NCBI GenBank assembly: GCA_965242865.1
Contig: CBDETK010000013.1
Coordinates: 2,400,001 to 2,464,000 of the forward strand
Origin: Candidatus Latescibacterota bacterium
GTDB lineage: Bacteria; Latescibacterota; UBA2968; UBA8231
DNA length: 64,000 nt
Direction: 5' to 3'
In this document: piece by piece, positions 17,948 through 28,339 of the stretch
Layout: each line of letters opens with the position of its first letter
How positions within the stretch are numbered: the stretch's first letter is position 1
Made by a program: the position numbers and the translations under genes
Notes under the pieces: generated by a model
Database searches by the model: none
Seen by the model: only the letters and a program-made list of their open reading frames with translations
Told to the model about the DNA's origin: nothing

Positions 17948-20900
17948 TTCCGGCGGCAGCCCCCCGTCAGCACCACCTCCCCATCCTCATTCTGATTGAC
18001 GACCGACACCGACACCCGCAGGCTGTCCGACAGCACCGCGTCGGAGACCTTCACCCACACGTCGTAGCGCGCTTGGGCTTCATAATCGGCCGCATTCGCC
18101 AAATGGAGTTCCCGCGATGGCTCCGCCCCCGGCGACGCCGGCTCCTTCAATTCAAACGCACTCGCATCCGTGCCCGTTACGCTCCACGTCAGATCGTCGC
18201 CATCCGGGTCGCGGCCGATATAAGTGCCCAACAACCACGGGGCGAGGCTGTTTTCGGCTATGTCCACCGACGCCGGACCCGACACCGACGGGGCACGGTT
18301 GGAGGCCGGGCGCACCGGCGAAGTCAAAGCACTCGTCGCCGACGCTGCACCAAAAGAGTCTGTGTAGTCGGCTTGGAGGCGCAGGGACTGCCCTACGCGG
18401 CTGCTGGGGATGGTCAGAGTCCACGTCTGCGTCGCTTCTGACGCCGGCCCGGTTACACCGCCGCCGTCCGAGGCACCCTCATAGTGGGGCGTCCAATACA
18501 CCGGCTCTGCAATCCCATCTTCGTCCGACAACGTCGCCGTGAGGGATTCCTCCGCTCGCGGCGCGGTCGTCGAAAGGCTAACGACACCGGCATCGTTGGC
18601 ATCGGTAACCGACACGGTAACCGACACGGACACGTCGCCGATGGACACCGACACCGCGTAAGTGTTGTTCTTGCCAGCGTCGGCAGGCTGCTCAAAGTTG
18701 GGAGGAGGATCCTTGAACTCGAGGGGGCGCGATGTCCCCTCCTCTTTCAACCGAAAGAAGCGCGCATCCGTCCCCCCCAACTTCCACGACAACGCCGAAC
18801 CACACCCCGCACTCGCCGTGTACGTGCCTACCGCCCCAAGGGCGTTTTCCGCAAATGTCGGAGCCGTCGCCCCCGTCAGCGAGCAGACCGGTGCCCGCGG
18901 CGTCACCGCATCGCTCACCGCCGACGGCTGGCCATCCCCCGCTCCATTGACCGCCCGCACTTGAAACTGATAGGCTTGACCCGGCGTCAAGTTGTCCACC
19001 GTGGCCAACCACTCCGTTGAGGCACTACCGCTGACCGCTGCGTCCTGCCAACCCCCCCGCGTATCGGCCCCCGCCGCCGTCACATCCCGATACTGCCACT
19101 GGGTAATACTGGCGTGATCTGGACCCGTCCACCGAAGCGTCACCTGACCAGCCCCCGCCGCCGCCCGAAACCCCGTCGGAGCACCGACGCCGGGCTGGAC
19201 CCCGGCCGCATCCGGCACCAGAGCCGACCACCCACTCACCGACGCACCCGCCCGCGAGCGCACCTGATACCGATATAGGCTATCCGGCGACACGCCCCGG
19301 TGGGCATACCGCAGAGCGGTGATGTTGGTCGCCAATGACGACCAAGCCGCCGGCCAAGGGCCCCTATCAAAGGGTTTGCTCTGCCCCTGTACATCGTAGC
19401 TCGTCGCCGACGCCACCGCCGGCCACTCCACCCGAATACGGCCCCACCCAGCCGTCACCGACGCGGCCGGAGGGCCGAACACCGCCGCACTCGTGAACCC
19501 CTCGGCACGTTTGTTGGGGCCATGATTGTCGGTGTAATGCACCGACGCCCGCAGGTAATAGCCTACGTCCGACGCTGGGGGCGTGTAGCTCGAAAGTTCG
19601 GGATAATTGGTCGTCGCGCCAGTCGCACCAGCGGGCACGGACACGGGTTGCCACGAGGCGGTATCGCTCGCCCAGCGATGCCAAGCCCAACTCGCCCCGG
19701 TGAACGTCAGCCCCTCGTCCGGATCGGTCAGACGCGCCACCAACGGAACCCCTACCTGCGGTGGCTGTGGCGACAGTGCCACCGAACCGGCTTCCTCCAC
19801 ATTCACCACCGACACTGTGACCAACAGGGTGTCCGACACCGCCCCATCACTCGCGCCGGCGGCCCCACTCAAGGGCACATCCCGAACCACCACGCCAACA
19901 TCGTAGGTCGTTTTATACCCGCCGCCCGCCAACGGCACCTCATAGTTGGGTGGCTCCCGAAACTGCAAGGTGCGCTCGTGGCCAGCGTTGCCCGACGTTT
20001 GAACCAAAGTGAAACTGCTCGCATCGGCCCCAATCAAAGACCACACCGGCGCGTTTGGATTCGGATCGGTGTTCCGGTAGACGCCGACGGCAACCGGATC
20101 GGTGGCATTTGGATCGGTGACTTCATTCACCGATGGCTTCGCCGCCCCTTCAATCCTCTGGGAGAGCAAGTCAACCGTCGCCGAGGCCGCCTGTCCCTTC
20201 TCATTATTCGTGGTGACCGCCCGCACCTTGAAGGTATATATCCTGCCGCTCAAGTCCTCAATCGTGGCCGTGATTGTGTCATTGTCATTGTTCTTAGTCC
20301 AATCAAGCTCCGACCAAAGCTCGTTCTCGTCTTCGTCAAGACTCCCGTCGCTATACTCATAGTCGGTGATTGTCGCCCCATTAGAGGCCGGCTCCGACCA
20401 ACTCAAATTCACCTGCTTCGCAACCGTTGCTGTTGCCGTCAAGTCCGTCGGTGCCGAAGGAATAAAGCGAATATCGACGCTCACCACCCCATTGGTTTGC
20501 CTAATGTTCCGCACCGCGATCCCTGTGAACACATCCTGAATATTGCCATTGTAGCCCGCTGTCGAGGGGTTGCTATACGGCGTGAACTCCTTGCCAGGAA
20601 CCCATACATCGGTCGAGTCGCCTATGTTGCCGTTGTGATCCGCTGTGTAGGTCGAGTCCGCCGACCAGTAATCCAGATTATCGCCGCCTACCGTAGAGTC
20701 CGGTTTATTGCTAGGGAATCCCTTATCAGTAAAAAGTCCGTCGGCGCATTCCACATCAACGCGCTTGTGCTTTTCGTTTTGGTTGATATCGGATGTGGAA
20801 CCGTTGACCCTAACAATGGAATCGTCAATGTGCCAGATCAACAACCCGCTCCGCGGCAAGAAGTCATCGTAGTAGCTACCAGTACCACTCTGCCGATTGG

Positions 20901-21924
20901 ACAACAGGAAATACTCGTCGCTTCTACTAGGCACCTCGATCTTGTACACCTTGCCATTATCAGAGTTGATGTCGGGGATGGTTACCGTCGTGTCAGACGA
21001 CACGGTCTCTACTTTACTATCTAGCCAGCCCACCTCAGCCCGCGACCACGCCGACAGGGGAGCCGGGCCGTCTGCAATACCCTCTACCCGCATGTAGCCC
21101 TCGCCCCCGCGGCCCATCACCCCCCAGTAGCCAATGCCAGCACTCTGAAAAGGATAACCAGCAACGCCGGTAGAGTCTTGAGAGGTGGATCGAATATGCG
21201 TCCGGTCATAGAGTTCGGGTAGCCCCATCGCATGCCCGTACTCGTGCGCCAGCACCCCCACCATGAAAGGAAAACGGTTATTCCAATCCGACGTAATGAC
21301 CTTGTCAACTACTGTCCCATCACTTGCGGTCCAACTGAAACCGGGACTCTCTAGAACTGTCCCATCGTAACGGCACGCTTTATTACCTATCCCAGGCGGC
21401 GTAAACACGACGACCATGTCGGCGTCTGCAAAATTAATATCAGAATCCGCGTCAGCACTGTTGAGCACAGCACGGGTAAAAGCTCTCACAGCAGCCGACC
21501 AAGCTGAAAGCGTACAGCCGCTGCCAGGGCCCCAAGTAGGCTTACTGGTGCCTTCATACCATTTTTTTAAAATATCGACGTTGGTGCTTGCCAAATGCAG
21601 CCTCCCATACGACATCTCTTTGAAATAGTGTGCCAGACTGCCCACAGCTGTCGAGTCCACAAGCTGAGTGCTGCGACGGGTCGTATTACCGTCTCGATCT
21701 GAGAATTTGTAAGTATTCAGATTCCTTTCATCCGCTTCGCCCGCAAACTTCCCAAACAGAATCAGCAACTTGATCGGATCCGCCGCCGTGCTACTCCGGT
21801 AATTACCGGCGTGAGACGATAGACCCGTCACCCCTGCCCCATCAAGACCATATCCACATACAAAGTCTTGACCATGTACGGTCACTGCATACAGGCTTAA
21901 AAGCATGAAGACGCGAAAAAGCAT
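17920..21924 (-). CDS. Protease P1, N-terminal segment: M6/immune inhibitor A-like metalloprotease plus FN3/cadherin domains
   Basis: Signal peptide, SLAHYFKEMSYG, HEYGHAMGLPELYD, WGVMG, EYFLLSNRQ, GLLIWHIDD. Joined to 12985 the gene is 8940 nt (2979 aa). Confidence 0.85.
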   Translation of the reverse strand: MLFRVFMLLSLYAVTVHGQDFVCGYGLDGAGVTGLSSHAGNYRSSTAADPIKLLILFGKFAGEADERNLNTYKFSDRDGNTTRRSTQLVDSTAVGSLAHYFKEMSYGRLHLASTNVDILKKWYEGTSKPTWGPGSGCTLSAWSAAVRAFTRAVLNSADADSDINFADADMVVVFTPPGIGNKACRYDGTVLESPGFSWTASDGTVVDKVITSDWNNRFPFMVGVLAHEYGHAMGLPELYDRTHIRSTSQDSTGVAGYPFQSAGIGYWGVMGRGGEGYMRVEGIADGPAPLSAWSRAEVGWLDSKVETVSSDTTVTIPDINSDNGKVYKIEVPSRSDEYFLLSNRQSGTGSYYDDFLPRSGLLIWHIDDSIVRVNGSTSDINQNEKHKRVDVECADGLFTDKGFPSNKPDSTVGGDNLDYWSADSTYTADHNGNIGDSTDVWVPGKEFTPYSNPSTAGYNGNIQDVFTGIAVRNIRQTNGVVSVDIRFIPSAPTDLTATATVAKQVNLSWSEPASNGATITDYEYSDGSLDEDENELWSELDWTKNNDNDTITATIEDLSGRIYTFKVRAVTTNNEKGQAASATVDLLSQRIEGAAKPSVNEVTDPNATDPVAVGVYRNTDPNPNAPVWSLIGADASSFTLVQTSGNAGHERTLQFREPPNYEVPLAGGGYKTTYDVGVVVRDVPLSGAAGASDGAVSDTLLVTVSVVNVEEAGSVALSPQPPQVGVPLVARLTDPDEGLTFTGASWAWHRWASDTASWQPVSVPAGATGATTNYPELSSYTPPASDVGYYLRASVHYTDNHGPNKRAEGFTSAAVFGPPAASVTAGWGRIRVEWPAVASATSYDVQGQSKPFDRGPWPAAWSSLATNITALRYAHRGVSPDSLYRYQVRSRAGASVSGWSALVPDAAGVQPGVGAPTGFRAAAGAGQVTLRWTGPDHASITQWQYRDVTAAGADTRGGWQDAAVSGSASTEWLATVDNLTPGQAYQFQVRAVNGAGDGQPSAVSDAVTPRAPVCSLTGATAPTFAENALGAVGTYTASAGCGSALSWKLGGTDARFFRLKEEGTSRPLEFKDPPPNFEQPADAGKNNTYAVSVSIGDVSVSVTVSVTDANDAGVVSLSTTAPRAEESLTATLSDEDGIAEPVYWTPHYEGASDGGGVTGPASEATQTWTLTIPSSRVGQSLRLQADYTDSFGAASATSALTSPVRPASNRAPSVSGPASVDIAENSLAPWLLGTYIGRDPDGDDLTWSVTGTDASAFELKEPASPGAEPSRELHLANAADYEAQARYDVWVKVSDAVLSDSLRVSVSVVNQNEDGEVVLTGGCRRKWVGGWWRG

Positions 21925-21944
21925 AATATCCCTCCCAAAAGAGC

Positions 21945-22010
21945 TTGTGTGCCGATGGCCTGCTCCATATAATAAATGATAACATAAGATAAGGGAAAAG
22001 CCGCGGTCAA
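21945..22010. promoter_or_regulatory. Overlapping divergent sigma70-like promoters (P1 / partner S1)
   Basis: Plus strand TTGTGT-17-TATAAT (21945-21973). Minus strand TTGACC-18-TATGTT (22010-21981). Homologous elements recur in three other intergenic regions. Confidence 0.55.
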
Positions 22011-22054
22011 TGGAGACCTTCCGTCTTATTCCTCTTCAAAAGGAGTTTGGCCCT

Positions 22055-23053
22055 ATGGTAACTCAACGAACCCGTCTAGTAGTTCCCTTGGTGCTGTGCG
22101 CCCTGTTGTTGCCCTCGTCCTCAGACGCTCAAGACGAAGGCGGCTTTGAGGGAAGCCCAACAGATTTTCTCCCATTGCAGGTCGGTAATCAGTGGACCTA
22201 TACGCACTGGTATACCAACGGCCTTTACAACAGATTTGAAATCGTAGAGGGGGTCGTAAGACAATATGCCGGATGGGGAATAAAAGCTTCATATGATCCC
22301 TTGGGCCCCGAGTGGACATGGATACAGGCGATAGCAGAGAAATCCGGGTATCCTTTAACCACTCAGTATGATCTTGAATCACCATTATTCGACCTCCTCT
22401 CTTATATCGAGCTCGAGCTAACCATTGAAATTACCCATACCGAGACGATTGAGGGCCATACGTATTTTGTCTTTAGCGAGCCAGCCTACGATTGGCCACC
22501 CGTGCCAAACCTCTGCTTGGCCGGCCAGAAGGTGCGCTTCTCCGATGCGGGTGTTCTACTCATTCGCAGGAAAGAGCAAGACATCCCCGTATATGACTTT
22601 GCTCAGGCTCATATCGACAAGGACTATACCACGCCAACATATCCTGTGCTATATGACGCACACGCTCCGGTCGCGCTACCACTTGCAATTAGTCGTTCCT
22701 CTTGGGATGCAAGGCAGAGACACACTTGGCGTTGGTTTTATCCTCCTCCATTAAAGTTCGGTCCGGCATTCGTCTCTTATTTTAATGTACGGATGCTATG
22801 GGTGCGGATAGAGCATAATAATTTTGGCTCGCCTTGGTTAGGTGACGTTTATTTTTTAGCAAACTATGGGCTCGCCCGATACGAACTATTTGAATCAGGG
22901 CTTGGTTGGGCTCGAGTCTTTGAGAATTCTCTTGCGCCGGTTTCGGCGGTTATTGGCGGCAAAGAGATCGCCTATCCCTATGTTTTTGTTGGGACCAGTG
23001 TCCAGCCTACCTCTTGGGGCCAACTCAAAGCGCGTCACGGGCAGGAGCCATAG
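22055..23053 (+). CDS. Secreted partner protein S1 (PLxVGNxWxY family, C-terminal TSWGQLK)
   Basis: AAGGAG RBS, signal peptide, FLPLQVGNQWTY, ends TSWGQLKARHGQEP. Confidence 0.8.
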   Translation: MVTQRTRLVVPLVLCALLLPSSSDAQDEGGFEGSPTDFLPLQVGNQWTYTHWYTNGLYNRFEIVEGVVRQYAGWGIKASYDPLGPEWTWIQAIAEKSGYPLTTQYDLESPLFDLLSYIELELTIEITHTETIEGHTYFVFSEPAYDWPPVPNLCLAGQKVRFSDAGVLLIRRKEQDIPVYDFAQAHIDKDYTTPTYPVLYDAHAPVALPLAISRSSWDARQRHTWRWFYPPPLKFGPAFVSYFNVRMLWVRIEHNNFGSPWLGDVYFLANYGLARYELFESGLGWARVFENSLAPVSAVIGGKEIAYPYVFVGTSVQPTSWGQLKARHGQEP

Positions 23054-26000
23054 GGCTGCCGCTCTCATAGAACATTGACGACTGCACTGCGCTGGGCGGC
23101 GGATCGGCTCCATTGGCCCCCGACACCCCCGCCGGCAGGAAAAACGCCCAAGTAAACCCCACATCGGTCGGGTTATCCGGGTCGGTCAACGTCGCGGTCA
23201 AGTCGTCGCCGACCCGCGGCGTGGTCGTCGAGAGTGCCACACGCCCTTTGGTGTCCACCGGCAACGTCACCGTATCCGTCCGCGTCGTCGCCGACCATCC
23301 CCCGCCGTTGCGTGCCCGCACTTCAAACCGATAAGACCCCCCATCCACCAGCGGATGCCGCACCGTAAACGACCGCGTCGTTGCCGCTGTGCCCATGGAC
23401 AGCCATCCCCCCCACGCGGTGATCGGCTCCAAAATCTGGCCCCGCTTATACTGCCACTCGGCGATGCTGGTGTGCGTCGGCCCGGTCCACCGAAGCGTCG
23501 CCTGTCGGATGCCCGGCGTGGCCGTCAAGCCCGTGGGCGCGCCCGGTGGCGGTTGCACCCCCGCCACCCCCGGCAGCGTATCCGACCAGGCACTCACCGT
23601 CTCGCCTACTCGCGCCCGCACTCGGTAGCGATAGCGGCGGTCGGCATCCACCCCTGGATGCACATAGGGCTGTGCGCCGTGGGCCTGCTGCGTCGTCCAC
23701 GCCGAAGGCCACGACCCGCCGTCATACGGCTTGCTCTGCCCCTCCACCTCATAGCCGGTCGCCGACGCCACCGCCGACCAAGCAACCTTCAGTGCCGGAC
23801 CCGCCTGCACTGAAACCGAACCGCCCGTGGGCCGAGCCAACCACGGCGTGACCGTATTGCTCACCGCCGAAGGCCGCCCACCGCCGGCCCCATTGACCGC
23901 CCGCACTTGAAACCGATACTCGCGCCCCGGCGTCAAGCCCTCTACCGTAGCCACCCACTCCGTCGAGGCACTACCGCTGACCGTCGCGTCCTGCCAATCC
24001 CCATCCGTATCGGCCCCCTCCGCCGTCACATCCCGATACCGCCACTGGGTAATACTGGCGTGTTCCGGCCCTGTCCACCGAAGCGTCACCTGACCAGCCC
24101 CCGCCGCCGCCCGAAACCCCGTCGGAGCATCAACGCCGGGCTGGACCCCGGCCGCATCCGGCAGCGGGTCCGACCACTCACTCACCGCCGCATCTGTCCG
24201 CGAGCGCACCTGATACCGATACAGGCTATCCGGCGACACCCCCCGGTGGGCATACCGCAGAGCGGTGATGTTGGTCGCCAATGACGACCAAGCCGCCGGC
24301 CAAGGGCCCCTATCAAAGGGTTTGCCCTGCCCCTGCACATCGTAGCTCGTCGCCGACGCCACCGCCGGCCACTCTACCCGAATACGGCCCCACCCAGCCG
24401 TCACCGACGCGGCCGGAGGGCCGAACACCGCCGCACTCGCCGCACTCGCGGCCGTCCGTTCCGCGTTGGGATCGTGCCCATCGCGGTAGCGCACCGTCGC
24501 CTGCAACTGCCAACCCACATCGCCCGACACCGGCGTGTAGCTCGATAGCTCAGGATACGCCGAGGCCGCACCCGACACCGCTGATGAAGCCCCCGACACC
24601 CCGGCCCCAATCGCTTCCCATGCTCCCGTTGTGCCCAACCGACGCTGCCACTGCCAAGACGCTCCCGTAATCTGCCCATCCGGATCGGTCAACCCCGCCA
24701 CCACCGCCGTGCCCACTTCCGGCGGCAGCCCCCCCGTCAGCACCACCTCCCCATCCTCATTCTGATTGACGACCGACACCGACACCCGCAGGCTGTCCGA
24801 CAGCACCGCGTCGGAGACCTTTACCCACACGTCGTAGCGCGCTTGGGCTTCGTAATCGGCCGCATTCGCCAAATGGAGTTCCCGCGACGGCTCCGTCCCG
24901 GGCGACGCCGGTTCCTTCAATTCAAACGCACTGGCATCCGGGCCTGTTACGCTCCACGTCAACTCGTCGCCATCCGGGTCGCGGCCGATATAAGTGCCCA
25001 ACAACCACGGGGCGAGGCTGTTTTCGGCTATGTCCACCGCCGCCGGACCCGACACCGACGGAGCGCGGTTGGCAGCCGGGCGCACCGGCGAGGTCAGCGC
25101 ACTCATGGCCGACGCCGCGCCAAAAGAGTCCGTGTAGTCGGCTTGGAGGCGCAGGGGCTGCCCCACGCGGCTGTTGGGGATAGTCAGCGTCCATGTCTGC
25201 GTCGCTTCCGACGCCTGCCCGGTTACGCCGCCGCCATCCGAGGTGCTCTCATAGTGGGGCGTCCAATACACCGGCTCTTCAATCCCATCTTCGTCCGATA
25301 GCGTCGCCGTGAGGGATTCCTCCGCCCGCGGCGCGGTCGTCGAAAGGCTAACGACACCGGCATCGTTGGCATCGGTCACCGACACGGTCACCGACACGGA
25401 CACATCGCCGATGGACACTGACACCGCGTAAGTGTTGTTCTTGCCAGCGTCGGCAGGCTGCTCAAAGTTGGGAGGACGCTTGAACTCAAGCATCCGCGAC
25501 GTGCCCGTCCCTTGCAACTCCGCAAACGCACTCGTATCCGTCCCCTCCAACTTCCACGATAACGCCGAACCACACCCCGCACTCGCCGTGTACGTGCCTA
25601 CCGCCCCAAGGGCGTTTTCCGCAAACGTCGGATCCGTCGCCCCCGTCAGCGAGCAGACCGGCGCCCGCGGCGTCACCTCATCGCTCACCGCCGATGGCTG
25701 GCCGTCCCCCGCTCCATTGACCGCCCGCACTTGAAACCGATAGGCTTGTCCCGGCGTCAAGGCGTCCACCGTGGCCAACCACTCCGTTGAGGCACTACCG
25801 CTGACCGCTGCGTCCTGCCAACCCCCCCGCGTATCGGCCCCCGCCGCCGTCACATCCCGATACTGCCACTGAGTAATACTGGCGTGATCTGGACCCGTCC
25901 ACCGAAGCGTCACCTGACCAGCACCCGCCGCCGCCCGAAACCCCGTCGGAGCACCGACGCCGGGCTGTACCCCATCCGCATCCGGCACCAAGGCCGACCA

Positions 26001-28211
26001 CCCACTCACCGACGCACCTGTCCGCGAGCGCACCTGATACCGATACAAACTATCCGGCGACACCCTCGTGTGCGTCTCCCGCCGAAGCGACGACCTATTA
26101 TTGGGGATCCGGCCAGCGGTGTTGGTGGCCAGCGACGACCATGCCACTGGCCAAGGGCCCCTATCGAAGGGTTTGCTCTGCACCTGCACATCGTAGCCCG
26201 TCGCCGACGCCACCGGCGTCCAGTCCACATGAATCCGGCGAAACCCAGCCGTCACCGACGCCGACGGAGCCGACGGCACCGGCGTCGCCGCCGCGGAAGC
26301 CCACCCACCTGACCCCGACGCGTTGACCGCTCGCACCTCAAACGTGTACAGCGTACCGGCCGCCAACCCCCCCACTATCTGGATACGGGCCGTGGAGCCT
26401 TCAGCCACCGGCGTCCGGGCTGTCCATGTGCGCCCCCCATCAAGGCTCTGACGATACTCATACCCGGTGACCGCTGAACCCCCATTGGGCATCGGCGCGG
26501 CCCAACCCAGTGTCACCTGACCGGCACCCGCGTCCGCCCGAAGGTTCTCCGGCGCCAGAGGCAGAAAGACGATGTCGGCCTGCATCACCCCGTTGGGCCG
26601 AGCCTGAATGTTCCGCACCGCGATCCCTGTGAACTCATCCTGCAGATCGTCGCTATAGTTATTCCTCGTACCATTGTTACTGTAGCCCGCTGTCGAGGGG
26701 TTGGACGTCGGCGTGAACTCGCCAGAAGTCCACACATCACCCGCGTCGCCTAGGTTGCCCCGGTGCTCATCCCGCCAATCCTTGTCGTCCCCCGTCCAAT
26801 AGTCCAAGTTGTCCCCGCCAGATTCAGTATTCTTTGTTGGGATAAGGGTAGTGCTAGTCGTACCAGGAGCCGCATGATCCCAAAGCCCATCAGCGCACTC
26901 TACATCAACGCGCTTATGCTCTTCAATCGCATTGACATCGCTTCTTGAATAAGGATTTATATTACCTTGTGTTATGATAGGGCGATGGGGTTTTACGTCG
27001 TCGTCGATGTGCCAGATCAACAGCCCGCTCGCCGGCGCGTGGGTGTCGTAGTAGCTGCCAATACTACTCGCTGTCCCGTTATATGTATTCTGCCGGTTAG
27101 ACAACAGGAAGTACTCGTCACTTTTACTAGGCACCTCAATCTTGTACACCTTGCCATCATCGGAGTTGATATCGTGGATTTGCAGGGTCTGATCTCCAGC
27201 CACAGTATCCAACCGGTCATCCGTGGGACTATCTGTGATCCAGCCCACCTCTATCCGCGACCACGCCGACAGGGGAGTAGGGCCATCTGGAACACCCGCC
27301 TGCTTCACGTATCCGTCGGCACCTTTACCCATTACCCCCCAGAAACCAACGCCGGCACTGTGATTATCATAATCGGTACGGCTAACGCGAATGTTGGTGC
27401 GGTCATAGAGTTCGGGTAGCCCCATCACGTGCCCATACTCGTGTGCCAGAATCCCCACTAAAGAGGGGAAGCTGTCAACTTGATCTCCCGTGATGATCGT
27501 TTCCACCGTTATCTTGGCTTTGGTAGGATCATTATCAATGTAATCATTAGTTGAGTGACTGAGCTCGTAAAAAACTGTCCCATTGACTTTGCACAAATCG
27601 CCAAAATCACTCGGAGTAAGTACCGCGACTAGGTCAACCTTTCCGTCCCCATCGCCATCATAGTCGTTAAAGTCAACGTCAGTATCGGCAGCTCGGACCA
27701 CGTCCAAAGCAAAATCTTCTACAGCATCCGCCCAGCCTCCCACACCACGACCATCAGGACCGAGACAATCCGCCGCTGTTCTAAGACCATAGTCGGCCCG
27801 CGTCGTTTTTGTCATGGACGACACATACACCGTTCCCGCAACTGTTTCGCGGTTGGGAGCCTTAAACGACAACTTCCCATACGACATTTCGTTCAAAAAA
27901 TGCGGCAAGCTGCCCGTATGACTTGGATTAAAGAGGTCCGTGATGGATTGATAATCGTTCGCAGCTCGAGTTCGACCGTAGAGTTGCTCAAAGTTTATGC
28001 CACTCGCAACATCCTTGAGCTTCCCCACCAAAAGCAACACATGGACCGGCTCGGTCCTATTGGGGTCAACCCCACGGTAGAAGTCAATATCCGCATGGTG
28101 GGCAGACGTGCCCGACACATCTTCCCCGGCAAGACCAAACCCGCATACAAAGTCTTGGCCATATACGCTGGCAGCATACAGGCTAAGTAGAGTGAATACA
28201 CGAAAAAGCAT
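23025..28211 (-). CDS. Protease P2: M6-like metalloprotease plus FN3/cadherin stalk, lacking the sorting domain
   Basis: Signal peptide, HEYGHVMGLPELYD. Homology to P1 stops at 23079, then the frame reads into the antisense of S1. Confidence 0.85.
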   Translation of the reverse strand: MLFRVFTLLSLYAASVYGQDFVCGFGLAGEDVSGTSAHHADIDFYRGVDPNRTEPVHVLLLVGKLKDVASGINFEQLYGRTRAANDYQSITDLFNPSHTGSLPHFLNEMSYGKLSFKAPNRETVAGTVYVSSMTKTTRADYGLRTAADCLGPDGRGVGGWADAVEDFALDVVRAADTDVDFNDYDGDGDGKVDLVAVLTPSDFGDLCKVNGTVFYELSHSTNDYIDNDPTKAKITVETIITGDQVDSFPSLVGILAHEYGHVMGLPELYDRTNIRVSRTDYDNHSAGVGFWGVMGKGADGYVKQAGVPDGPTPLSAWSRIEVGWITDSPTDDRLDTVAGDQTLQIHDINSDDGKVYKIEVPSKSDEYFLLSNRQNTYNGTASSIGSYYDTHAPASGLLIWHIDDDVKPHRPIITQGNINPYSRSDVNAIEEHKRVDVECADGLWDHAAPGTTSTTLIPTKNTESGGDNLDYWTGDDKDWRDEHRGNLGDAGDVWTSGEFTPTSNPSTAGYSNNGTRNNYSDDLQDEFTGIAVRNIQARPNGVMQADIVFLPLAPENLRADAGAGQVTLGWAAPMPNGGSAVTGYEYRQSLDGGRTWTARTPVAEGSTARIQIVGGLAAGTLYTFEVRAVNASGSGGWASAAATPVPSAPSASVTAGFRRIHVDWTPVASATGYDVQVQSKPFDRGPWPVAWSSLATNTAGRIPNNRSSLRRETHTRVSPDSLYRYQVRSRTGASVSGWSALVPDADGVQPGVGAPTGFRAAAGAGQVTLRWTGPDHASITQWQYRDVTAAGADTRGGWQDAAVSGSASTEWLATVDALTPGQAYRFQVRAVNGAGDGQPSAVSDEVTPRAPVCSLTGATDPTFAENALGAVGTYTASAGCGSALSWKLEGTDTSAFAELQGTGTSRMLEFKRPPNFEQPADAGKNNTYAVSVSIGDVSVSVTVSVTDANDAGVVSLSTTAPRAEESLTATLSDEDGIEEPVYWTPHYESTSDGGGVTGQASEATQTWTLTIPNSRVGQPLRLQADYTDSFGAASAMSALTSPVRPAANRAPSVSGPAAVDIAENSLAPWLLGTYIGRDPDGDELTWSVTGPDASAFELKEPASPGTEPSRELHLANAADYEAQARYDVWVKVSDAVLSDSLRVSVSVVNQNEDGEVVLTGGLPPEVGTAVVAGLTDPDGQITGASWQWQRRLGTTGAWEAIGAGVSGASSAVSGAASAYPELSSYTPVSGDVGWQLQATVRYRDGHDPNAERTAASAASAAVFGPPAASVTAGWGRIRVEWPAVASATSYDVQGQGKPFDRGPWPAAWSSLATNITALRYAHRGVSPDSLYRYQVRSRTDAAVSEWSDPLPDAAGVQPGVDAPTGFRAAAGAGQVTLRWTGPEHASITQWRYRDVTAEGADTDGDWQDATVSGSASTEWVATVEGLTPGREYRFQVRAVNGAGGGRPSAVSNTVTPWLARPTGGSVSVQAGPALKVAWSAVASATGYEVEGQSKPYDGGSWPSAWTTQQAHGAQPYVHPGVDADRRYRYRVRARVGETVSAWSDTLPGVAGVQPPPGAPTGLTATPGIRQATLRWTGPTHTSIAEWQYKRGQILEPITAWGGWLSMGTAATTRSFTVRHPLVDGGSYRFEVRARNGGGWSATTRTDTVTLPVDTKGRVALSTTTPRVGDDLTATLTDPDNPTDVGFTWAFFLPAGVSGANGADPPPSAVQSSMFYESGSPMAPARDAL

Positions 28212-28229
28212 AATATCCTCCTAAAAGAG

Positions 28230-28295
28230 CTTGTGTACCGGTGTATTTTCATTGTATATATATCATATCTTAACATAAGGGAAAAGCCCGGTCAA
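28230..28295. promoter_or_regulatory. Divergent promoter region (P2 / S2)
   Basis: Minus strand TTGACC (28295-28290), 17-nt spacer, TAAGAT (28272-28267). Plus strand TTGTGT followed by an AT-rich -10. Confidence 0.5.
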
Positions 28296-28339
28296 TGTTG
28301 GCCTTCAGTCCCGTTCCTCTTCAAAAGGAGTTTGACCTA

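Noticed and set aside
23069-23078. AACATTGA at the P2 junction and upstream of U1/U2 as a recombination site
   Set aside because: An 8-bp match absent from the P3, P4 and P5 junctions; compatible with chance.
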